Source of the DNA: Fibrobacteria bacterium
GTDB taxonomy: Bacteria; Fibrobacterota; Fibrobacteria; UBA11236
NCBI GenBank assembly: GCA_043732185.1
Contig: JAYTHY010000059.1
Span: 1 to 64,000 of the forward strand
Reading direction: 5' to 3'
Length of the DNA stretch: 64,000 bases
Made by a program: the position numbers and the translations under genes. The notes under the pieces are model-generated. The model saw only the letters and a list, made by a program, of their open reading frames with translations. It was not told where the DNA came from and made no database searches. This document shows positions 1 to 8,566 of this stretch, one piece after another (position 1 is the first letter of the stretch; each line of letters starts with the position of its first letter).

Positions 1-497
1 AGCGAACGCTGTTGGCCCAATCCAGGACTCGACAGGAAATGAAATCGGCCAAGGTAGGAACCTTCCAATTTGGCGGAAAGAACACCGTAACCATAGGTCT
101 GTGCTTTAGGGATGGAATCCTGGCCTAAAACTGTTGCGTAAAAATCCGCACCGGCGCTGAGATCGAAGTTTTCGTCACGGTAGGTGATTGGCCGATAATG
201 GGTTTCTTCAGAGGCAATGAAGCCAAATTCACGCCGATAGCCGAGGAGACGAACTTTTTCTCCATCCGATAGGGAAGCCGTATGACCTGCGGCTTCTTCA
301 AGCAGCGTCCCGACGAGCGATTTTGGCAGCGGTATGGTATTGAGAAATCCAGGCGAAATGCAGCCTTCTAATTCCATTCGTCGTAAGAAGCCATACACCG
401 GGTCGTTTATGTCCACGGGCGTAGCGGTGGCGGTAAGCACGAACGAAAAGAATAGCGCAATCCCAATTGCTCTGGGGCGAGTGAGTACGGGAAGCAT
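1..497 (-). CDS. Secreted outer-membrane protein, capsule assembly Wzi-like N-terminus (runs off the window edge; missing from the ORF track)
   Basis: Manual translation from ATG 497 is open to base 1: MLPVLTRPRAIGIALFFSFVLTATA-TPVDINDPVYGFLRRMELEGCISPGFLNTIPLPKSLVGTLLEE. Signal peptide followed by a 'PVYxFLxR..G...P' helical cap resembling Wzi-family proteins. Starts 16 bp after the upstream stop. Confidence 0.6.
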   Translation of the reverse strand, partial: MLPVLTRPRAIGIALFFSFVLTATATPVDINDPVYGFLRRMELEGCISPGFLNTIPLPKSLVGTLLEEAAGHTASLSDGEKVRLLGYRREFGFIASEETHYRPITYRDENFDLSAGADFYATVLGQDSIPKAQTYGYGVLSAKLEGSYLGRFHFLSSPGLGQQRS

Positions 498-513
498 GAT
501 TCTCTTAAAAATA

Positions 514-1818
514 TCAGACAGACGTTTTTGACTTCTTAATCTTGACGTAGTCTTCTAGGCTATAGGACCTTTCCGCTTCATCCGGAACCGGATTTGGTTC
601 AAGTTCCGGTTCAACGGACGCTTGGGGGTTCTCATGGGAAGCAACTTCAAACCCGTGATTATACTGGGCTTCCAAGCCTTCCTGATGTCTCTGTCTGTCA
701 CTACCGTGTAAGTTCGCTGTGGATCCGAACAGGTCAATTCCATCCAGTGCAGACATGTCCAAGGTTGGCATTTCCTGCTGAAACTTTTGCGCTAAATTCA
801 TGCCTTCTGAAGTCGCTTCCATCAACATTTCTTGAAGTCGGATCGGAATAGTTAATCGTCCCAACATCGTGCTGATTTTAATGGTTTCCGAATTTGCAAG
901 TTCGTAAATCCCGAAATAGCAAGTGGCGCCATTGGTTAGCAATTTGAATTCCTCCCCGAGCATGTTCAAAAACTGGCTGGACGTTTGCTTAAGGACTGCC
1001 TCTGGAGCATAGATGCTTATGGCACCGCAAGCGGCCGTAGCCAGGTTGAAGCCGTCAGCCATTAATGGGCCAGCGGACCAAATTTCTCTAAGGCGCGGAA
1101 GGATATCGTCCAAAGACTTGATCTGGCTGACGGGCACTTCCGTTTCTCCGAAAATCAGAATGCCTCGGGAAAGGAGTACTTTACGGAAATCTTCATTGTC
1201 AAAACTAAGGAGGCTGCGCGAAGAATATTCCGTCGTGGTAGAATTGAAATTATTAAAAGTCTTGACCACATATTCATTAGCCTGGGGATAGAAGGCGGAC
1301 AAGTTGCTATTCGGGAATTGGACCAGGATTTTATGATTATCGACGATGATGCAGGAATCGAAGTTTTCCGCTATGAGACCGTTGATGGCGCGAAGGGCAT
1401 TGATTTTGGAAAGTGCAGATTCTTCATTGGTAGGAATCGTGACCAAAGTCAAAATGGGAAGATTGAATCGCTTCAAGACATTACCAAGCAGCGCGATGTT
1501 GCTGCCCGTACCACCACCCAATCCCGCAGTAATTAGCACAGCCTCGGCACCGATCAGAAATTGTTCAATGTCGGTGAGTATATTGGGAAGGTGGGAGATA
1601 ATCGCTCGTTCTCCAATGTGTGGGTCTTTTCCAGCGCCGTCGCTGTCAGGAAGTGGGGTGTACACTTTCCGGTTTTCCGGAATATTGGCCAAGTCCTTCA
1701 AATCCAGAATGGAAGTATTGATGGCCATGGAGGGATACCCATATTTGGCAAAGGTATTCGCCAAGTTACCACCGCATTGCCCTAATCCGATAACTGCTAA
1801 TTTAATTCTGTTTGTCAT
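514..1818 (-). CDS. Divergent tubulin/FtsZ-family GTPase (TubZ/CetZ-like, not canonical FtsZ)
   Basis: T1 GLGQCGGN, INT..DL, GAGKD, signature GLGGGTGS, IIVDN, T7-like SFDNED. SD AAGGA upstream. Confidence 0.9.
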   Translation of the reverse strand: MTNRIKLAVIGLGQCGGNLANTFAKYGYPSMAINTSILDLKDLANIPENRKVYTPLPDSDGAGKDPHIGERAIISHLPNILTDIEQFLIGAEAVLITAGLGGGTGSNIALLGNVLKRFNLPILTLVTIPTNEESALSKINALRAINGLIAENFDSCIIVDNHKILVQFPNSNLSAFYPQANEYVVKTFNNFNSTTTEYSSRSLLSFDNEDFRKVLLSRGILIFGETEVPVSQIKSLDDILPRLREIWSAGPLMADGFNLATAACGAISIYAPEAVLKQTSSQFLNMLGEEFKLLTNGATCYFGIYELANSETIKISTMLGRLTIPIRLQEMLMEATSEGMNLAQKFQQEMPTLDMSALDGIDLFGSTANLHGSDRQRHQEGLEAQYNHGFEVASHENPQASVEPELEPNPVPDEAERSYSLEDYVKIKKSKTSV

Positions 1819-1907
1819 GAAATTCCTTGCGTCGTTTGGAATGAATCAGGGACGTCATGCCCTTATCCAGGCCCAGCAATAGTGTCCAGGGGTAATCTAT
1901 AAATCCG

Positions 1908-1922
1908 GCAACCGTGCTGCCA
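1908..1922 (-). promoter_or_regulatory. Putative sigma54 (-24/-12) promoter of the tubulin-like gene
   Basis: Minus strand reads TGGCAGCACGGTTGC (TGGCA-N6-TTGC), giving exact GG-N10-GC spacing, in the 120-bp gap after sufU. Confidence 0.55.
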
Positions 1923-1938
1923 TGAAAAAAGTCGAGTG

Positions 1939-2394
1939 CTATGCTTCCGTCGAGGTGCTGGACTGCTTGTCCATGGCGCCAATCAGGGCATGCCAAGGTA
2001 GGGAGGCGCATTTAATCCGGGAGGAATACTCCCGCACTCCCTTGAATAGCGTCAATTTTCCCAAATGATGTGCTTGGGTGTCTGTATCGAGTTCGCCCAG
2101 TACCATTTTGTGAAATTCACTGAAAAGTAAGCGGGCCTGATCGATGTGGATCCCTTTTAGGAACACAGTCATCATGGAGGCGCTGGCTTTGGATATGGCG
2201 CAGCCATTGCCTTGAAAACTTAAATCCGTAATCGTTCCGGTTTCATCCACTTGCAGGTATACGGTGATATGATCGCCGCATAATGGGTTATGGCCTTCAC
2301 AAACCAAAGAGGCTTCGGGCAGAGCACGGTAGTTTCGGGGATTCTTATTGTGATCGAGAATCACCTGCTGATACAGCTCATTGGCGCGCGACAT
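1939..2394 (-). CDS. sufU: SufU Fe-S assembly sulfurtransferase/scaffold
   Basis: LYQQVILDH, NPLCGD, GCAISKAS, RIKCASLPW. Start MSRANE at 2394 overlaps the sufS stop; the ORF track over-extends it to 2526. Confidence 0.93.
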   Translation of the reverse strand: MSRANELYQQVILDHNKNPRNYRALPEASLVCEGHNPLCGDHITVYLQVDETGTITDLSFQGNGCAISKASASMMTVFLKGIHIDQARLLFSEFHKMVLGELDTDTQAHHLGKLTLFKGVREYSSRIKCASLPWHALIGAMDKQSSTSTEA

Positions 2395-3623
2395 CAGGCA
2401 AACATCTCTATTACTTTGCGAATCCCGGTGGCCAAGGCATCCAGATCCGAACGTTGGTTGTACGGTCCCAGCGAAGCCCGGGCAGTGGCGGGAACTCCAT
2501 ACCGGTCCATGGTGGGTTGGGCGCAATGGTGTCCGGCGCGGATGGCAATGCCTTCGGCATCGAGCAAGGTTCCAATATCATGGGGGTGAATTCCAGCTAG
2601 GGTAAAAGCCAATATCGAAGCCTTATGCGGTGCCGTTCCAATGAGTTTGAGTCCAGGGATGTCCTGCAAGAGCGCCGTTCCATATTCGAGAAGGTCGTTC
2701 TCATGTGCGGCAATTCGATCGAGTCCAACTTTGTTTAGGTACTCAACCGCGGCCCCAAGGCCAACCACTTCTACAATGGGGGGCGTCCCGGCCTCAAACC
2801 GATACGGTGGGGCCTGGTAGGTGGTGTTGGCGAAGGTGACTTTTTGAATCATATCGCCACCGCTTTGGTACGGGGGCATTTTTTCCAACAGCGCCATTTT
2901 CCCGTAAAGGATTCCAATGCCGGTGGGGCCGAACATTTTATGTCCTGAGAATGCGAAAAAGTCCGCGTCGAGGGCTTGCACATCCACTGCCATATGGGCG
3001 ATGCTTTGGGCTCCATCAATCAGGACCACGGCTCCGACGGCATGGGCCATTTTTATGATTTCGCCAACTGGATTAACCGTCCCTAGCGCGTTGGAAATCT
3101 GGTTAACCGCCACGATACGGGTGCGCGGCGTGAGCAATTTAGCGTATTCGTCCATCCGCAAGGTGCCGGCATCATCTACTGGAATGACTTTGAGGACAGC
3201 GCCGGTCATGGCCGCCGCTATCTGCCAAGGTACGATGTTGGCATGATGTTCGATCTGGGACACAATGATTTCATCCCCGGATTTCAGAAATGGACGGGCA
3301 AAACTATGGGCAACCAGATTGATACTTTGCGTGGTGCCGCTGGTATAGATGATTTCCCGTTCGCTGGCGGCATGGATAAGCCCTGCAATCTGTTTGCGGG
3401 TATTTTCATAGGCTGCCGTCGCCTTTTCACTCAGTCGGTACACGCCCCTACGCACGGTGCCGTAGCTTTCCAGGTAGAATTGATGCATGGATTCGATGAC
3501 CACCAAGGGCTTTTGCGTCGTGGCAGCGCTGTCGAGATAGTAAAGGGGCTGATCAGCATTCACCCGGTTAAGCAGGGGAAAATCGGATTTGATATTGAGC
3601 AGTGGCAGTGTATTGTCAGGCAT
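2394..3623 (-). CDS. sufS: Cysteine desulfurase SufS
   Basis: YLDSAATTQKP, PLP-lysine motif FSGHKM, RAGHHCA (group II). Confidence 0.96.
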   Translation of the reverse strand: MPDNTLPLLNIKSDFPLLNRVNADQPLYYLDSAATTQKPLVVIESMHQFYLESYGTVRRGVYRLSEKATAAYENTRKQIAGLIHAASEREIIYTSGTTQSINLVAHSFARPFLKSGDEIIVSQIEHHANIVPWQIAAAMTGAVLKVIPVDDAGTLRMDEYAKLLTPRTRIVAVNQISNALGTVNPVGEIIKMAHAVGAVVLIDGAQSIAHMAVDVQALDADFFAFSGHKMFGPTGIGILYGKMALLEKMPPYQSGGDMIQKVTFANTTYQAPPYRFEAGTPPIVEVVGLGAAVEYLNKVGLDRIAAHENDLLEYGTALLQDIPGLKLIGTAPHKASILAFTLAGIHPHDIGTLLDAEGIAIRAGHHCAQPTMDRYGVPATARASLGPYNQRSDLDALATGIRKVIEMFA

Positions 3624-5091
3624 GGATTTTTGAGCTCTCCCCGGCTATGGAAGGCAAATGCAGTTTTAATGTATCGATGAGGGCGCGATCCAAAAGGGTA
3701 CGGAAGCTGCCGGGGCTGGTTTTGTTCAGGATTTCCGCTATGAAGGCCACAGTCATTAGCGTTCGCGCCTGCGCCACGGTAAGCCCGCGTGATTCCAGGT
3801 AAAATTGCTGCGCGGGGTCGAGCTTGCCAATCGTCGTGCCATGCGTGCACTTCACATCGTCGGCATGGATCATCAGTTGGGGTTTGCTGTCGGTGCGTGC
3901 CTCATCGGAAAGCATTAGGTTGTTGATCAGTTGGTTGGCATTGGTGCCTTGGGCATCTTGGGCTACAAAAATAGTGCCATCCACACTGCACCGGGATGTA
4001 CCTGCGACAACGGACTTGAAATGTTGGCGGCTGGTGCAATGGGGGACCAAGTGACGGACACGCAAAAAATTATGGCTTTGATTACGACCTGTCAAAACCG
4101 TGGCGCCATTGACTTCCGCATCTGCGCCTTCTCCCTCTAAATCGATGGCAAAACTATTGCGCATAAGCCGCGCACCGGTATGGGCTGAGACGGCAAGTAC
4201 GTGGCTGTTGCGTTCAAGACGGGCAGTCAGTTTTCGGAAGTGGAAACCTTCAGCTTGGCCTGCGGCAATCGCCGAGGTTTGTGATTCGATTCCCGTATCT
4301 AAAAAATGCAACCTAGCTCCTTCTTCAAGGAGCAAGACGGTATGCACATTGATCAACGCATCCGATGTTTGATTGGAGGCTGTCGCCGCTTGATCGGCTG
4401 CTTTGGCTGCTTGAAAATGTCGGACGAGTATGCGGCCTTCCGAAAGCATTCCGGCTGCGATTACCGTAAAAGAATCCGTTCTACTTCCGGATTTGCCTTC
4501 TACAGGCGAGATCACTTCGCTGGAAGCTCGTGTATAATAGTGCAGGATTTGTAACGGAGATAGGGGCGTGGCCTTTGGAGCGATTTCGATGAACACGGGT
4601 GCGCGGGAAAAAAGCATTGCCAACGCCGCGGCGGCATCGGTTTCATCCGCAAGCACTTTAGACAATGCCACCCAATGCTCGCCATTCCATGCCTTGATTT
4701 TGAAATTTGGCCCGATGTGTGAAAGGGAAGGAACATAAATTCCATCAACCAGCACGACATAACTTTCCAGGCATTCTGGGAAAATCAGGGACTGGATTTC
4801 AGCTAAGGATGGAAGCGTCAGACCCGTATCTGCTTTGTCGGTCGTAGGTCCAAAATGGGGAAGCAACTCGCCAACCCTAAGGAAAGTGAACTCTTCCGAA
4901 CCCGAGTGGGGCAGGCCGATATTTTTCAAAGTTGAAAAAGCGGCGGCCCGCATATCTGACAGAGGCGATCCCGGTCCGTTCGCGGATTGGAATATCCACT
5001 CAGCTGCCGCGCTTTCCAACGGAGCAGGCAGCTGGGGCGTCCAAACGTCCCGCATGAAAACCGGTTTGTCGATACTTTGAATGTCGGTCAT
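3616..5091 (-). CDS. sufD: Fe-S cluster assembly protein SufD
   Basis: KPQLMIHADDVKCTHG, FYLESRG; lies between sufC and sufS. Confidence 0.92.
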   Translation of the reverse strand: MTDIQSIDKPVFMRDVWTPQLPAPLESAAAEWIFQSANGPGSPLSDMRAAAFSTLKNIGLPHSGSEEFTFLRVGELLPHFGPTTDKADTGLTLPSLAEIQSLIFPECLESYVVLVDGIYVPSLSHIGPNFKIKAWNGEHWVALSKVLADETDAAAALAMLFSRAPVFIEIAPKATPLSPLQILHYYTRASSEVISPVEGKSGSRTDSFTVIAAGMLSEGRILVRHFQAAKAADQAATASNQTSDALINVHTVLLLEEGARLHFLDTGIESQTSAIAAGQAEGFHFRKLTARLERNSHVLAVSAHTGARLMRNSFAIDLEGEGADAEVNGATVLTGRNQSHNFLRVRHLVPHCTSRQHFKSVVAGTSRCSVDGTIFVAQDAQGTNANQLINNLMLSDEARTDSKPQLMIHADDVKCTHGTTIGKLDPAQQFYLESRGLTVAQARTLMTVAFIAEILNKTSPGSFRTLLDRALIDTLKLHLPSIAGESSKIHA

Positions 5092-5098
5092 GGCACTT

Positions 5099-5872
5099 TT
5101 ACTTCAGCCAATCGTAGCCAAGTTTTTCCACTTCCAAGGCCAGCTCTTTGCCGCCGGACTTGATGATTTTGCCGCCGCTTAAAACATGGACAAAATCGGG
5201 TTGTACATAATCCAGCAGACGTTGATAATGGGTGATAAGGACAATGGCTTTATCCGGTCCACGCAGGCGATTGATGCCGCCGGCCACCACTTTTAGCGCG
5301 TCTACATCCAAACCGGAATCGGTTTCGTCCAATATCGCCAGAACGGGATCCAAGATGGCCATTTGCAATATTTCATTGCGCTTTTTTTCGCCGCCGGAAT
5401 AGCCTTCATTGATGGCTCTATCCTTGTACCGGTCGTCCATGTCCAAGGCTTTCATTTTGGCATCCAGGATGTCTTCAAAATCAAGCGGGTCCGCGGCCTC
5501 TCGACCGAGATGTTTTTGCCGCGCATTGTAGGCCATGCGAAGAAATTCAGCATTGTTCACGCCTGGAATTTCCACCGGATATTGGAAGCCCAGAAAAATG
5601 CCCTGCCGTGCCCGTTCATCTGCCGCCATTTCCAGAATGCTGTTTCCCTGGAAAAGCAGCTGACCCTGAGAAACTTTATAGGATGGATGCCCGGCGATGA
5701 CTTTGGATAAAGTGCTTTTACCCGATCCATTCGGTCCCATGATGGCATGGACCTCGCCCGCTTTGACGCTGAGATGGATCCCTTTAAGAATTAGGGTTAG
5801 GCCCTGGCCTTCGGAATCGGCTATGCCCGCTTCCATGTTTTTGACTTCCAACATCGCTATGCCTTTATCCAA
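5099..5872 (-). CDS. sufC: Fe-S cluster assembly ATPase SufC
   Basis: [41 protein letters not shown]. Confidence 0.96.
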   Translation of the reverse strand: MDKGIAMLEVKNMEAGIADSEGQGLTLILKGIHLSVKAGEVHAIMGPNGSGKSTLSKVIAGHPSYKVSQGQLLFQGNSILEMAADERARQGIFLGFQYPVEIPGVNNAEFLRMAYNARQKHLGREAADPLDFEDILDAKMKALDMDDRYKDRAINEGYSGGEKKRNEILQMAILDPVLAILDETDSGLDVDALKVVAGGINRLRGPDKAIVLITHYQRLLDYVQPDFVHVLSGGKIIKSGGKELALEVEKLGYDWLK

Positions 5873-7337
5873 CGCTGTGCTCCAGTTTCATGGCCAATAA
5901 TTTTTGTGCTTCCACTGCAAACTCCATCGGCAATTGTTGAAAGACTTCCTTGCAGAAACCGTTGATGATCATGCTGATGGCTTCTTCTCTATCAATGCCG
6001 CGGGATTGAAAGTAGAACAACTGCTCTTCGCTGATTTTGGAAGTGGACGCCTCATGCTCTACCTGGGCTTGTGAATTGGCGGATTCGATATAGGGAAAAG
6101 TATGGGCACTCGAGTTCCTGCCGACCAGCATGCTATCGCATTGAGAGTAATTGCGCGCGTTTGTGGCGTTCTTGGCGATGCGCACCAAGCCGCGGTAGGC
6201 ATTGCTGCTGTGGTCGGAGGAAATGCCTTTGGAAATGATGCTGGACTTGGTGTTTTTGCCCAGATGGATCATCTTGGTGCCGGTATCGGCCTGCATATAC
6301 CCGTTGGTCATCGCAACGGAATAAAACTCACCCACCGACCCATCCCCAACCAAAATGCAACTTGGATATTTCCAGGTGATGGCAGATCCTGTTTCAACTT
6401 GGGTCCAGGAAATCTTGGATTTTTTTCCCAAGCACTTTCCACGTTTGGTCACAAAATTATAGATGCCGCCCTTGCCGGTTACCGGATCACCTGAATACCA
6501 ATTCTGAACCGTGCTGTATTTGATCTCCGCTTGATCCAAAGTGATCAATTCCACCACGGCCGCATGCAGCTGATTGGTATCGAACTTCGGCGCCGTGCAG
6601 CCTTCCAGGTAGGACACATAGCTGCCTTCGGCACAGACGATAAGGGTGCGTTCAAATTGACCGGACTCTTCCGTATTGATGCGAAAGTAGGTCGAAAGCT
6701 CCATGGGGCATTTGGTGTTAGGAGGAATGTAGACAAAGGAACCATCCGTAAACACAGCCGAATTCAAAGCCGCATAAAAGTTGTCGCCGATGGGAACCAC
6801 GCTACCGAGATAGGTTTCGATGAGCTCCGGATATTCCTGCACGGCATCGGAAAAGGAGCAGAAAATAACGCCGTGTTCCAAAAGTTTCTTCTTATGCGTG
6901 GTGGCCACGCTAACGCTGTCGAAAATGGCATCAACGGCCACATTGGACAGATGCTTTTGCTCATCGAGGGGGATGCCTAGCTTAGCGAAAGTTTTGAGAA
7001 TTTCCGGGTCGACTTCGTCCAGGTTGGCCAGCTTGGGCCTGACTTTGGGCTGCGCCAGATATTGGATGTCTTGATAGTTGATGGGTGGATATTTGACATG
7101 CGCCCAATTGGGCTCCTTCATCGTCAGCCATTTGCGATAGGCTTTGAGTCGGAACTCCAGCAGAAAGGCCGGTTCCTTTTTTTTCAAGGAGATGGCGCGG
7201 ACGACCTCTTCACTGAGTCCCTTTGCGAAGGACTCCATTTCAACCTTGGTGGTGAATCCGTACTTGTATTCCCCTGTTGCCGCTGTTACGGCTGCGGTAT
7301 CGGGTGTACTTGCATTGGAAGCTTCTGGTTGCGTCAA
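5865..7337 (-). CDS. sufB: Fe-S cluster assembly protein SufB
   Basis: [45 protein letters not shown] start. Confidence 0.96.
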   Translation of the reverse strand: MTQPEASNASTPDTAAVTAATGEYKYGFTTKVEMESFAKGLSEEVVRAISLKKKEPAFLLEFRLKAYRKWLTMKEPNWAHVKYPPINYQDIQYLAQPKVRPKLANLDEVDPEILKTFAKLGIPLDEQKHLSNVAVDAIFDSVSVATTHKKKLLEHGVIFCSFSDAVQEYPELIETYLGSVVPIGDNFYAALNSAVFTDGSFVYIPPNTKCPMELSTYFRINTEESGQFERTLIVCAEGSYVSYLEGCTAPKFDTNQLHAAVVELITLDQAEIKYSTVQNWYSGDPVTGKGGIYNFVTKRGKCLGKKSKISWTQVETGSAITWKYPSCILVGDGSVGEFYSVAMTNGYMQADTGTKMIHLGKNTKSSIISKGISSDHSSNAYRGLVRIAKNATNARNYSQCDSMLVGRNSSAHTFPYIESANSQAQVEHEASTSKISEEQLFYFQSRGIDREEAISMIINGFCKEVFQQLPMEFAVEAQKLLAMKLEHSVG

Positions 7338-7340
7338 TTG

Positions 7341-8288
7341 TCAGTCCTCAACCGGGATGACCTGCATGCCGCCAAAGATCTGGCGCCGCAGTGCGTCCTC
7401 GATAAAAGCCAATGTAGCACCTGTAGAAGACCCGCAGCTGCCGCAAGCGCCTTGATACTTGATTTTCAAGCGATGGCCTTCTTCCAAATCCCGGATTTGC
7501 AAATCCCCGCCATCCATATTGAGTCCGGGTCGAACATCGCGGTCAATGATGGCGTCAATGGCTTCGATTTGTTCTTCCTTGGACTTTTCCAACCATACTT
7601 TGTCTGCCTCGGTCAGGCTTTCAAAACTGGTTTTGCGGGGCTGACCATCTTGACTGGCTTTTAAGGCTAAAGTGGCGAGGGCGAGGGTTTTGGCCGAGGC
7701 ATACATTTCTAGGGCATGGGCAAGCAATGGCGGTAGGGAAGCGAAAGCCTCATCGGCAGGGGTAGCGGTAGCCGGCCAGCCATCTTCATCACGCAGCAAG
7801 GCTTCAATTTGGGAAATGGTTATCGCACAAGCCGATTCAATTTTCATGCCCTTGACCAAGGTGCAGAGTGTTTCCCCCAAGGCCATGGACACGGGTCCAC
7901 CGTAGGAAAAAAATTTAGCATCGTAGATAAGGTCGCTTTGTGGGTCAATGAGCCAGTAGGTTTTGATATCCTTATATTTGGCCGTGGCTAATGCCAATCC
8001 TTTGCTGGAAGCATCTTCGGTAAAAAATGCGCCGCGGTGCTTGGGTTGGGCTGCCAAGGTTGCCACTTTTTGGGAAAACTTTCGATCCGCGTTGACCGGA
8101 GGTTGATTAGAAACCGAGTTTGAGGCAGGGGTTGAAGCAGATGTTGGAACCGGGTTTGAAGTAGGTGTTGGAGCAGCACTTGCAGTTTGCCCAATTTCAG
8201 CCGCGGCAGGCTGACTGGCTGTGATGGGCTGAAATCCTCCAGGTTTATAACTGAGCGGGGCGGAGGGGTTTTCGGCTTCCGGGGCCAT
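7341..8288 (-). CDS. NifU-like protein: P/S/T-rich linker, Cys-poor IscU-like domain, C-terminal Nfu domain
   Basis: C-terminal VRPGLNMDGGD..YQGACGSC (Nfu CxxC). N-domain YWLIDP..IYDAKFFSYG. Start placed at ATG 8288 behind GGAAGGA. Confidence 0.85.
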   Translation of the reverse strand: MAPEAENPSAPLSYKPGGFQPITASQPAAAEIGQTASAAPTPTSNPVPTSASTPASNSVSNQPPVNADRKFSQKVATLAAQPKHRGAFFTEDASSKGLALATAKYKDIKTYWLIDPQSDLIYDAKFFSYGGPVSMALGETLCTLVKGMKIESACAITISQIEALLRDEDGWPATATPADEAFASLPPLLAHALEMYASAKTLALATLALKASQDGQPRKTSFESLTEADKVWLEKSKEEQIEAIDAIIDRDVRPGLNMDGGDLQIRDLEEGHRLKIKYQGACGSCGSSTGATLAFIEDALRRQIFGGMQVIPVED

Positions 8289-8381
8289 ATCCAAGTGTCC
8301 TTCCAGGCAACCTAACCGTATAAGGGTGAGAAGCAAAGTGGCTCAAATTGCAAGCGCAACCGACTAAGGTCAATATAACAT

Positions 8382-8406
8382 ATTATCTACCAAAATGATA
8401 GATAAT
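8382..8406. promoter_or_regulatory. 25-bp palindromic operator upstream of the nifU-suf operon (Rrf2/IscR-like geometry)
   Basis: ATTATCTACCAAAATGATAGATAAT, with 10 of 12 positions pairing. Adjacent to an extended -10 TGTTATATT on the minus strand (8380-8372). Confidence 0.6.
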
Positions 8407-8566
8407 CTAAAAGACTCCTATTTTGCCCTTGTTCCTTACGGTTTTATTTAGTTTTTCCCACACTAACAGAATCGAGTTTAAGAAATAAAATTAATAAATG
8501 GCATTAAGTTATATAGTTTAAATCATTTAATTAGAATGACTTATATAAACTAAAGATAAGGATTAT

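Noticed and set aside
514..1818. Annotating this gene as the cell-division ftsZ
   Set aside because: The T1, T7 and C-terminal motifs differ from FtsZ and there are no dcw neighbours.
8105..8190. 12-nt periodic repeats in the nifU-like gene as a DNA element
   Set aside because: Explained by the P/S/T/A low-complexity protein linker.
8410..8566. Replication origin in the AT-rich tract
   Set aside because: No DnaA boxes (TTATCCACA) were seen and there is no dnaA/dnaN/gidA context.
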